From Pachysolen tannophilus NRRL Y-2460 (Eukaryota), in contig KV454011.1 in the NCBI GenBank assembly GCA_001661245.1, positions 709,498-732,884 of the forward strand: 23,387 bases of DNA, written 5' to 3'. Shown here one piece after another: positions 9,829 to 18,753 of this stretch (positions are counted from its first letter, which is position 1; every line of letters starts with the position of its first letter). Position numbers and translations under genes: made by a program. A model generated the notes under the pieces. The model saw nothing but the letters and a program-made list of their open reading frames with translations, was not told the DNA's origin and made no database searches.

Positions 9829-10330
9829 AAGCAAAATCAAAATATTGTTTCAAGTCAATAGATGCATGTATATTTATCTATCTATCTATCCATCCATCTC
9901 TTTTTCAATAAATCTTATTTTTTTCGTTTTTCCTTTTTAAAAAATATGTAATCAACTAAATATCATATTGCCATCTCGTCTCCTGGGTCTCTCCTGGGTT
10001 TCTAACTCCTCCCAATTTGTCTTCTTTCCATGATAAAAGAAGTTTTAAATTGTAATCTTGTTTGTAGTGTGTGTCGAAGCTTTCGTAAGTTTTTATTATT
10101 GAAAAATCGCCCCAGTTTTAGATAAAAAATTAAAAAATTTTGAAAAGCAGATAAATCATCATCATCTCTAACATCTCTTCTATTATTTATAGAGGCAAAC
10201 TTGTATAAAGAAGTCAAAGTATATATATATATATATATTAAACGGATGACTAAGAATCTAAAAAGTTGTTGTTTTATTATTTTAGTACTCTAAATTTAAT
10301 AGAAGGGAGAGAATTATCTAGTTTTCGGAT

Positions 10331-13300
10331 ATGTCATCAGAGCGGTCTTTAATACAAAAATTGACCATAGAGATATGCAATAAGTTAAACATACCCAATG
10401 AACCATATAATACGGAAAATGAAATGATGGCCAATTTCATGTTGGATTTATTTGAAAAATCAACAACAAATTTGGAAGATTTTAAAACTAAATTGAAAAC
10501 TATGGGAGCGCCTGATTTGGCTGAAGATAACTTCATTCGCAAAATTAATAATTTGATCAAAAGTTATAGTTCTGATTCTCAATCTACTAAAATCAAACTT
10601 GAAAATGGTGGAACAGCAACGGCTATTTTTGATTCTTCTTTACCTAATGTGAAGACCAATTATAACGGCAAAGCACTAGATGGAATAAAGAAGGAGCATA
10701 AAACAGAAAAAGAAGAAGAAGAAGAAGAAGAAGAAGAAGATTTGATACCATGGCCAAATAATAAGAGAAAATTTAGGTCTGATTACGAGCCTCCATTTAA
10801 AAGAGAGAAGTTGGAAGAGGATGAGGAACCAGTTTTGGATAAGATATATAAAGGTAGAGTTGTTAATATGACGAATTTCGGTGCGTTTATAAGATTATAT
10901 GGGATAAAACCACTTGTTTCAAGTAGGAATAGATATATTGATGGGTTATGCCACATATCGGCAATTAGTAAAGATAGAATTGAACATCCGTCAGATGTAT
11001 TGAAAAAAGATCAAGAAGTTTATGTGAAATTAGTAGATATTCAAAGAAATGGGAAAATAAGTTTATCTATGAAAAATATAAATCAAATGAATGGGCAAGA
11101 AGAAGAAGAAGAATATCATTCGGGAGATCGTTTTAGAAGGGGAAGACAACAAGCTCCAATAGGTGAATCTGTTGGAAATTTGAAGAAAAGATTATCATCT
11201 CCTGAAAGGTGGGAAATACGACAATTAATAGCTTCAGGTGTTCTTAGCGCTAAAGATTATCCGGAATTAGCAGAAGATGTAAATGCTGCATTCCTGCAAG
11301 ACTTGGAGGATAATACAGAACTGAATGAAGACGTTGAAATTGTATTGAACACAGATGAACCTCCTTTCTTACAAGGACAGAAATATCATGCAAAAGATTT
11401 AGCTGCACCTGCAAGAATTAGGAGACCTAAAGGATCATTAAACAGAGTTGCAATATCAGGTTCTGCATTAGTAAAAGAGAGAAAGGAAAAAAAATTACAA
11501 GAGTTGAGAAGATTGGAAAAGGAAAAAAGACATAAACTGATACAGAGAAATAAAAATAGCGATGACCCATTATTGAACTATGATGATGAAGGAGATCTTT
11601 TAGAAAGAAATATTGATGAAGAAGATGAAGATGATCCTGAAAATCAAGCAAGGCTAACTTTAATTGAATCTGAATGGAAAAGGCAAATCAAACAACAGTC
11701 TTTAGGGAAAAGGACAAATTTAAGTATAAAGGAACAAAGAGAGTCTTTGCCTGTTTTCAAGATGAGATCAACTTTGGTAAAAGCAGTAAAAGAAAATCAA
11801 TTCATGGTAATTATTGGTGAAACCGGTTCAGGTAAGACAACACAAATCACTCAATACTTAGCAGAAGAAGGCTTCAATAACAACAACAAAATAATTGCTT
11901 GTACTCAACCTCGTAGAGTTGCAGCAGTAAGTGTCGCCAAAAGAGTTGCAGAAGAAGTTGGTTGTAAAGTTGGTCAGGAAGTTGGTTATACAATTAGATT
12001 TGAAGATATAACAAGTAAGGATACAAAGATCAAATATATGACTGATGGTATGCTTCAAAGAGAAGCATTAGTTGATCCAGATATGTCAAAGTATTCTGTG
12101 ATAATGTTAGATGAGGCTCATGAACGTACTATTGCTACAGATATTTTATTCTCATTATTGAAAAAAGCATGTAAGAAAAACCCAGACTTGAAAGTTATTG
12201 TTACTTCAGCAACTTTAGATGCTGAGAAATTTTCAAAATTTTTTTATGATTGTCCTATTGTGAGTATCCCTGGTAAGACATTCCCAGTTGAAGTTTATTA
12301 TACAAATGAGCCAGAAATGGATTATGTTAGTGCTTGTTTGGATGCAGTCATGGAAATCCATACTACGCAACCGAGTGGAGATATATTAGTGTTTTTAACT
12401 GGTCAAGAGGAGATTGATACGTGTTGTGAAGCGTTATTTGAAAGAACAAAGATTTTAGGAGATGCAATCCCAGAATTAATAATTTTGCCTGTTTATTCTT
12501 CATTACCATCAGAAATGCAAACAAAAATTTTTGAACCTACTCCAAAGGGTAAAAGAAAAGTTATTGTTGCTACTAACATTGCAGAAACTTCTATTACTAT
12601 TGACGGAATCTATTATGTTATTGATCCTGGATTTGTTAAATTAAATGCTTATGATCCAAAGTTAGGTATGGATTCTTTAGTGATTTCGCCTATATCTCAA
12701 GCACAGGCTAATCAAAGGAAAGGAAGAGCTGGAAGAACAGGTCCTGGAAAATGTTTTAGATTATATACTCAATCTGCATTTAATAATGAGATGATGCCAC
12801 AAACTGTTCCTGAAATACAAAGACAAAATTTATCTCGTACAATGTTGATGTTGAAAGCAATGGGGATTGATGATTTATTAAATTTTGAATTTTTAGATCC
12901 TCCTCAAACAAATACAATTTTGAGTTCTTTAGAAGAATTGTATACTATGGGTGCATTGGATAATGATGGTTATTTGACTAATTTAGGTCGTAAAATGGCT
13001 GATTTTCCCATGGATCCTGCATTATCCAAGACTTTAATTGCATCGATTGAATTTAAATGTGCTGAGGAGATTTTAACTATAGTTGCCATGCTTTCTGTTC
13101 AATCAATTTTTTATAGACCTAGAGAAAAACAAAATCAAGCAGATCAAAAAAGAGCCAAATTTAATCATCCTCATGGTGATCATTTAACACTTTTAAATGT
13201 TTATCAAATGTGGGAAAAAAATAATTTTTCCAAGAGTTGGTGTGAAGACAATTTTATTCATGAAAGATCGATGAAAAGAGCAAGAGATGTAAAGTTACAA

Positions 13301-13726
13301 TTGATTCAAATAATGAAAAAATATAGACATCCTATTTTGAGTTGTGGAAATGATACAGATAGAATTCGTAAAACTCTTTGTTCTGGATATTTTAGAAATT
13401 CAGCCAAAAAAAATACAACTGGTGGATGTTATAAGACACTTGTTGAAAAAAATACAATTTATATGCATCCATCTTCTTCATTATTTCAAAAACAAACTGG
13501 TGATTATGTCATTTATCATACATTATTATTAACTACAAAAGAATATATGCATTGTGTTACAATAATAGATCCAAAATGGTTAATCGAATTAGCACCTAAT
13601 TTCTTTAGATTTAATGATCCTCATGAGTTGAGTGATTATAAGAAAAGAGAAAGAATTCAACCGTTGTACAATAAATTTGATCCAAAACAAAGTTGGAGAT
13701 TAACAAAATCAAGAAGAAAAATGTAA
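10331..13726 (+). CDS. PRP22: DEAH-box pre-mRNA splicing helicase Prp22 (DHX8) with S1 domain
   Basis: S1 domain (IYKGRVVNMTNFGAFI...DGLCHIS), SSPERWEIRQLIASG, GETGSGKTTQ, TQPRRVAA, DEAH, SAT, ATNIAETS and QRKGRAGR motifs. Confidence 0.96.
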   Translation: MSSERSLIQKLTIEICNKLNIPNEPYNTENEMMANFMLDLFEKSTTNLEDFKTKLKTMGAPDLAEDNFIRKINNLIKSYSSDSQSTKIKLENGGTATAIFDSSLPNVKTNYNGKALDGIKKEHKTEKEEEEEEEEEDLIPWPNNKRKFRSDYEPPFKREKLEEDEEPVLDKIYKGRVVNMTNFGAFIRLYGIKPLVSSRNRYIDGLCHISAISKDRIEHPSDVLKKDQEVYVKLVDIQRNGKISLSMKNINQMNGQEEEEEYHSGDRFRRGRQQAPIGESVGNLKKRLSSPERWEIRQLIASGVLSAKDYPELAEDVNAAFLQDLEDNTELNEDVEIVLNTDEPPFLQGQKYHAKDLAAPARIRRPKGSLNRVAISGSALVKERKEKKLQELRRLEKEKRHKLIQRNKNSDDPLLNYDDEGDLLERNIDEEDEDDPENQARLTLIESEWKRQIKQQSLGKRTNLSIKEQRESLPVFKMRSTLVKAVKENQFMVIIGETGSGKTTQITQYLAEEGFNNNNKIIACTQPRRVAAVSVAKRVAEEVGCKVGQEVGYTIRFEDITSKDTKIKYMTDGMLQREALVDPDMSKYSVIMLDEAHERTIATDILFSLLKKACKKNPDLKVIVTSATLDAEKFSKFFYDCPIVSIPGKTFPVEVYYTNEPEMDYVSACLDAVMEIHTTQPSGDILVFLTGQEEIDTCCEALFERTKILGDAIPELIILPVYSSLPSEMQTKIFEPTPKGKRKVIVATNIAETSITIDGIYYVIDPGFVKLNAYDPKLGMDSLVISPISQAQANQRKGRAGRTGPGKCFRLYTQSAFNNEMMPQTVPEIQRQNLSRTMLMLKAMGIDDLLNFEFLDPPQTNTILSSLEELYTMGALDNDGYLTNLGRKMADFPMDPALSKTLIASIEFKCAEEILTIVAMLSVQSIFYRPREKQNQADQKRAKFNHPHGDHLTLLNVYQMWEKNNFSKSWCEDNFIHERSMKRARDVKLQLIQIMKKYRHPILSCGNDTDRIRKTLCSGYFRNSAKKNTTGGCYKTLVEKNTIYMHPSSSLFQKQTGDYVIYHTLLLTTKEYMHCVTIIDPKWLIELAPNFFRFNDPHELSDYKKRERIQPLYNKFDPKQSWRLTKSRRKM

Positions 13727-13797
13727 ATTAAATTAAATAGAATTTTATTTTTTAATTTTTTTAATTTTTTAATTTTTATTTATTATAATATACACAA

Positions 13798-14253
13798 TTA
13801 CGATTCTAATCTTTCAATAATATGACTTTGAGTCTTAGCCCTCTGTATAACTAAATTTTTCCCAAAAAAATTATCTCCTTGTAAAGATTTCATTGCTAAA
13901 TTTGAATCCACAACATTACTAAATACAACATGTGCTTGTCCCCTCATCTTAGGAGATTTCAAAGCTATTATCTGTATCACTTCTCCATAAGTAGAAAATA
14001 ATATATATAACTGCTGTTTCAACAAATTTTTGTGTAACTTGTCATTTAAATTTTTAAGATATAAAGTATATGTATTCTCTTCCTTGTTCAATATGTCCTC
14101 ATCTTCTTGCTCATCTTGTTCTTGTTCTTGTTCCTGTTCTTGTTGTTCCAGACCTTCAATTTTTTGTTTTTTCAACAGCGGTTGAGTAGTTATATCCTCA
14201 GCATCAATTCCCAGGCCATTATCACCAACTATACTATGTTTTGCCTTTGTCAT
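13798..14253 (-). CDS. MSL1: U2 snRNP B''/U1A-family single-RRM protein (Msl1-like), 151 aa from the ATG at 14253
   Basis: TLYLKNLNDK...LYILFSTYGEVIQI...KMRGQAHVVF...FFGKNLVIQRAKTQS is the U1A/U2B'' RRM signature. A single RRM favours Msl1. The ORF-track start at 14271 is TTG; the first ATG is at 14253. Confidence 0.75.
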   Translation of the reverse strand: MTKAKHSIVGDNGLGIDAEDITTQPLLKKQKIEGLEQQEQEQEQEQDEQEDEDILNKEENTYTLYLKNLNDKLHKNLLKQQLYILFSTYGEVIQIIALKSPKMRGQAHVVFSNVVDSNLAMKSLQGDNFFGKNLVIQRAKTQSHIIERLES

Positions 14254-14752
14254 TATCAAACCAACTAACAAGATACTATAGCCTTATATACTATAAAATT
14301 TTCTTTTTTTTTTGCTTTTTTTTTAGCTTCAATTAACTTTTTTTTACAGTATTAAAAAAGACAAAAAACATAGTAAGAAACGTTAGTCGTGCATAAACAA
14401 CACAAACTGTGTTTTTTTTTTTGCAAATACAAAAGTTGTTCACCAAAAGCCAAAAAAAACGGAAATTTTTTTACTTTTACCAGTTTGTTTCCATACTTGT
14501 CCCAATACGGGCTATTCAAGTTAACTCACTTCCCATTACACTAATTGCTTTTTACTGTAACTATACTACTGTTTTAGGCAAAACAATACAATTTTTTTTT
14601 TCTTTTTCTTTTTCAAATATTTCCGTCACGGAAAGCAAACCTTTATCACGCCGAACTTTTTTATATGAAAAATCATAACAAATGTTAACATTTTTTTTGA
14701 TAAACAAAAATTATATTTGGAGAAGGAGAAGAAAATTAAATATTTAGAAATA

Positions 14753-16066
14753 ATGACAACTAGTACTTATAATCAACAGTCGAATCAACACGACCCAACA
14801 TCAATTGCAGTAGCACAACAATTAACAGGTCAAAGAAGTTCATCACTGGATCAATTATCTTCGACGCTGGGGGAAGCAAATGTTGGTACAAGTGGTACAA
14901 GTGGTACAGGTTCAAGTATTGTTGGTGGGAATGTTCCCAAGACAAATAGTAGGAAACCATATACTGAAGAAGAAGTTTTTTATTTAATTGATATTTATGC
15001 CAAGTATACACAGAATGGGTTAAATATTAAACATAGATTGACTAAATTAGGTCCAAATAAGACATTAAATTCAATAATTGCAGAAGAAATGACAAAGAAA
15101 TTTCCAAATTCTTTAAAAATTTTTGATAAAGAAAATATTCGTAAAAAATTAGATGAAATTAAAAATGAATATATAATTTTCCGTTATTTATTACTTAAAA
15201 GTAGTGGGTTTGGTTGGTTAATTAATGAAGGTAGATTTAATTTAAATATTAATAATTTGGAATTTTATAAAAAAGATTTTGTTAATATGGGTGGTCAATT
15301 AAATAATAAAACTGATACTTTTAAAAAATTTTTAAAAAATGGAAATTTTTATATTTATCATTATCATGAATTAATAGGTCATAATTTAGATTTTGATCTT
15401 GATTTTAGCAAGGCAAGTGCTGAAAATGGTCTTCCATCTTCGACAAACCCAAATATTGAACCAGAGTTGATTAACCAGCAACAACAACTGCAACAACAAC
15501 ATCTGCTGCTGCTGCTGCATGATGGTAGTGCGTCATCATCGATTGCAGCTCTGGCAGCAGCAGCTGCACTGGCACATAGTGGCAGTAGCAGCCATGCTTC
15601 TAATGTGATTGCTCATAACAACACTGAAGACATTGAAGACGGAGACAACGACGACAACGATAATAACAACAACAATAACAATAATAGTAACGATAACAAT
15701 AACACCAATAATGACAATAATAACGAGAATGAAGTTGTTGGTCCATCGTCTCTGCTGCCAAGACATCAACAACAGCAAATAATCAATTCTTCTTCTTTAG
15801 CTTCTTCAAGACCTTATAAGCGTATCTTGGATAATTCCGACTTTTTAGTAGATAAGAGAATAAGGTACAATAACATTACAGAAAGAGATGAAGAAAATAC
15901 TATATTGGAATTTGTATTGAAATTGACTCAAGATGATCCAGAATTTTTCAAATTTAATCAACTATGCGCTTTAGTTGAAAATTATAGGTTGCTCAGAAGG
16001 TTAATCTTATCAAACAAATATGATTATACTCATAAGCAAAATTTGATTAAAGAATTTATTAGTTAG
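14753..16066 (+). CDS. Uncharacterised protein with a Myb/SANT-like DNA-binding domain (Myb_DNA-bind_3 / PIF-Harbinger ORF type) and Q/A/N low-complexity tracts
   Basis: 437-codon ORF from the ATG at 14753. Segment RKPYTEEEVFYLIDIY...IAEEMTKKF...DKENIRKKLDEIKNEY...LLLKSSGFGW fits the trihelix Myb-like pattern ending in SGFGW. The ORF itself is solid; the domain call is by eye. Confidence 0.7.
   Translation: MTTSTYNQQSNQHDPTSIAVAQQLTGQRSSSLDQLSSTLGEANVGTSGTSGTGSSIVGGNVPKTNSRKPYTEEEVFYLIDIYAKYTQNGLNIKHRLTKLGPNKTLNSIIAEEMTKKFPNSLKIFDKENIRKKLDEIKNEYIIFRYLLLKSSGFGWLINEGRFNLNINNLEFYKKDFVNMGGQLNNKTDTFKKFLKNGNFYIYHYHELIGHNLDFDLDFSKASAENGLPSSTNPNIEPELINQQQQLQQQHLLLLLHDGSASSSIAALAAAAALAHSGSSSHASNVIAHNNTEDIEDGDNDDNDNNNNNNNNSNDNNNTNNDNNNENEVVGPSSLLPRHQQQQIINSSSLASSRPYKRILDNSDFLVDKRIRYNNITERDEENTILEFVLKLTQDDPEFFKFNQLCALVENYRLLRRLILSNKYDYTHKQNLIKEFIS
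15476..15724 (+). repeat. Coding trinucleotide repeats (CAA, CTG, GCA, AAC/AAT/GAC) in the Myb-like gene
   Basis: Poly-Q, (CTG)5 at 15503-15517, GCN-rich run at 15545-15574, Asn/Asp tract at about 15640-15724. Confidence 0.85.
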
Positions 16067-16410
16067 AAATAGAGATTAGGGATAAGGATTTGTATCGTTA
16101 CATGTGTGTGTGTTTTTTTGTTTTTTTTTCTTCTTCTTCTGTTAGTTAGTTAGTTAGTTATAATTTGTAATTTGCTTTATATTTAGTCACTTTTTGTGTA
16201 ATCTTAGTATCAAAAGTTGTACTCATCGTATAGACCGCTTATTTCCTGAGTCCTCGGGTTTTCTCGTCAAATTAAAAGTTTTGAAAAAGTGAAAAAAAAT
16301 AAAAAAAAACATGAAAAAAAAAACATGGGACATAATCATTTTTCAATCAGGCAACTAAGTTGTTTGTACAATTGCATTTAAACTTCAGGTTCAGGTATTA
16401 TACTCAAGCC

Positions 16411-18132
16411 ATGTCAATTGCATCAAGGTCATTGCAAAAAAATCTAACTGTTGGTGTGATAGGTTCAGGGATTTCTGGCTTGAGTTTCACTTATTTTCTT
16501 TCTCAATTAAGACCGGATTTAAATTTTATTGTTTTTGAGAAACAGAAAGAGGTTGGAGGTTATATTCATTCAGAAACTAAAACTTATGGTAAAGATGCCA
16601 ATTCTAGTTTGAAGAAATCAGTGATCTTGGAGAAAGGTCCAAGGACTTTAAGAGGCTCTTCAGATGGTACCTTATTAATATTGGATACATTGTTGAAATT
16701 AGGTCAAAAGGAAAAAATTTATGCAGTTCATTCCAAATCACCTGGAAATAAAAAATATTTATTGTCATATGAAAAAAATTCAAATGATGAGGCCTTAACT
16801 GAAGTTCCAAACTCTGTGGAAACTCTTTTCAAATTTTTATTTTCTTCATTAACCAAATATTCCATAATAAATATTTTCTTGGAAATGTTTAGAAAGAAAA
16901 AAAAAGATTTTTCAAAAGATGAATCTATAGAACTGTTTTTTAAGAGAAGATTTGATAAATATTTAAATGAAAATATTGCCAGTGCAATGATTCATGGAAT
17001 ATACGCTGGAGACACTTCAAAATTGAGTTTCCAGACAATAATGCCGAAACTAGCAGAATTGGAAAAAACCGATAGGTCTATATTATTAGGTTTATTAAAA
17101 CAAAACTATAAAGCTTTCACCACAAAAAAATTAGAAAAGTCAGGAAAGGAAGAATGTCAAATTGAATTGAGTAAAAATTTAAAAGATTACTCAAAATATA
17201 TTAGTAGTCCCTCAATACCATTTATAAATTTAAAGAAATTTTTGAAAAATTACCCCATTATTTCATTTAAAGAAACGGGAATCAGTATTCTAACAAAAGT
17301 TTTGTATGAAAATTTGAAAAAAAATCCTAAAGTCAAGTTTTTGTTTGAACAAGACATTGAATCCATATCGAAAAATGAAAATGGCAAATTATCCTTGAAA
17401 ACTTTGCAAAAAGTATATGAATTAGATCATATAAGATCAACGATAAATAGCCATAGCTTAGCTTCTCTAATAAGTACATCTTTATTACTGAAAGATTTGC
17501 AAAAATTGAATTATTCAGACATATTGTTGGTTAACTTGTTTATTCCCAAGAATTTGTTATATACAGAAGGTTTTGGGTATTTAGTTCCCAAATCAAGTAT
17601 CTTAAAACATAATTATCTTCTTGGTTGTATCTTTGATTCCAGCATTGAAAAACATTCATTTAGATTGTTTGAAAACAATAGGTTATTAGTAAATTTGATA
17701 AATTATCCGAAAATCAAGCAAGAAGAAATTAACTCGTTGACATATAGCGATTTTAGCAAGAAGAAGCCAGCAGATCTTGGATACACAAAATTAACATTAA
17801 TGTATGGTGGAATATATAACAAAGAAGTTTTATCTCAGTCTTATAATCAGCTTTTCAAGAAAGTCAACAAGATCCTAGAAGATCAGTTCAATATCGATTT
17901 GAATGTATATAAAGACGAAAATGGATTTATCTTGGAAAAAACAGTAATTGAAAATTGTATTCCTCAATATGAAGTTGGCTATAACGATTTATATGAAAAT
18001 GTTATGAAAAACTTGCAGTCAGAATTTGAAGGCAAATTATCTATTGGAGGAATGAGCTTTAACAAACTGAAGAGTATTGGGGTTCCTGATTGCTTTATGG
18101 ACAGTTTTGAAAGTAGCATTGAACTTAAATAG
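16411..18132 (+). CDS. HEM14: Protoporphyrinogen oxidase
   Basis: N-terminal FAD-binding VGVIGSGISGL, EK..EVGGYI, LEKGPRTLR, SAMIHGIYAGD, GFGYLVPKS, LLGCIFDS, IPQYEVGY and GVPDC motifs. First ATG is at 16411. Confidence 0.92.
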   Translation: MSIASRSLQKNLTVGVIGSGISGLSFTYFLSQLRPDLNFIVFEKQKEVGGYIHSETKTYGKDANSSLKKSVILEKGPRTLRGSSDGTLLILDTLLKLGQKEKIYAVHSKSPGNKKYLLSYEKNSNDEALTEVPNSVETLFKFLFSSLTKYSIINIFLEMFRKKKKDFSKDESIELFFKRRFDKYLNENIASAMIHGIYAGDTSKLSFQTIMPKLAELEKTDRSILLGLLKQNYKAFTTKKLEKSGKEECQIELSKNLKDYSKYISSPSIPFINLKKFLKNYPIISFKETGISILTKVLYENLKKNPKVKFLFEQDIESISKNENGKLSLKTLQKVYELDHIRSTINSHSLASLISTSLLLKDLQKLNYSDILLVNLFIPKNLLYTEGFGYLVPKSSILKHNYLLGCIFDSSIEKHSFRLFENNRLLVNLINYPKIKQEEINSLTYSDFSKKKPADLGYTKLTLMYGGIYNKEVLSQSYNQLFKKVNKILEDQFNIDLNVYKDENGFILEKTVIENCIPQYEVGYNDLYENVMKNLQSEFEGKLSIGGMSFNKLKSIGVPDCFMDSFESSIELK

Positions 18133-18753
18133 AATTAAAATTATTTATTTAATTACATAGAGATTTATTTATTATATACGCCAAAAAAAAAAAAAAGTTG
18201 GTAGTTTAACAAGATTAATGAACAACTAACGAAAAATAGAATGATACCGTTAATAAAATATTTTGTACCAACTTTTCACGCCGCTTGCTGCATGATTAAG
18301 CATTTTAAATCAATAATACCGCTCAGATAAGCAGTATCAATTAACAACTCTATACTATTGATTATTATATCCGAGCAAGGAAATTGAAATCCACGGAAGC
18401 AGCATTGAAGCTATTGAATTAATCAAGGTTCAGTAATTTACTTATATATATGATCGGGGAGATCTTATAACTTTAATTTGAATGTTAATTCTATTCTTGA
18501 TGACCTTTTAATACATATATTTGGGGCAAAATTCAAAGTTTTCGCTAATTTCTAGTTAGACATCTAACTACTCCACGTCAAGCATCACGAATAAAATTTA
18601 AAGTATTTCAAGTGCCGACTTCCCCTTTCTGTGCCGAGCACCCCTCAGAATCATTCTCTCAACCTAGAAATCTTATATATAGTTTCTGAAATTCTGGTGA
18701 AGTATAATAATTAAGGAGTAAATTTGAAATATATTGGTAATTGAGTAAAGAAG

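Noticed and set aside
9975..10217. CTCCTGGGT duplication and 71-aa minus-strand ORF between PRE1 and PRP22
   Set aside because: Only two short copies; the ORF has a non-ATG start and no domain; no snoRNA box pair found.
14254..16400. Intact PIF/Harbinger transposon around the Myb-like gene
   Set aside because: No transposase ORF, terminal inverted repeats or target-site duplication recognisable in the window.
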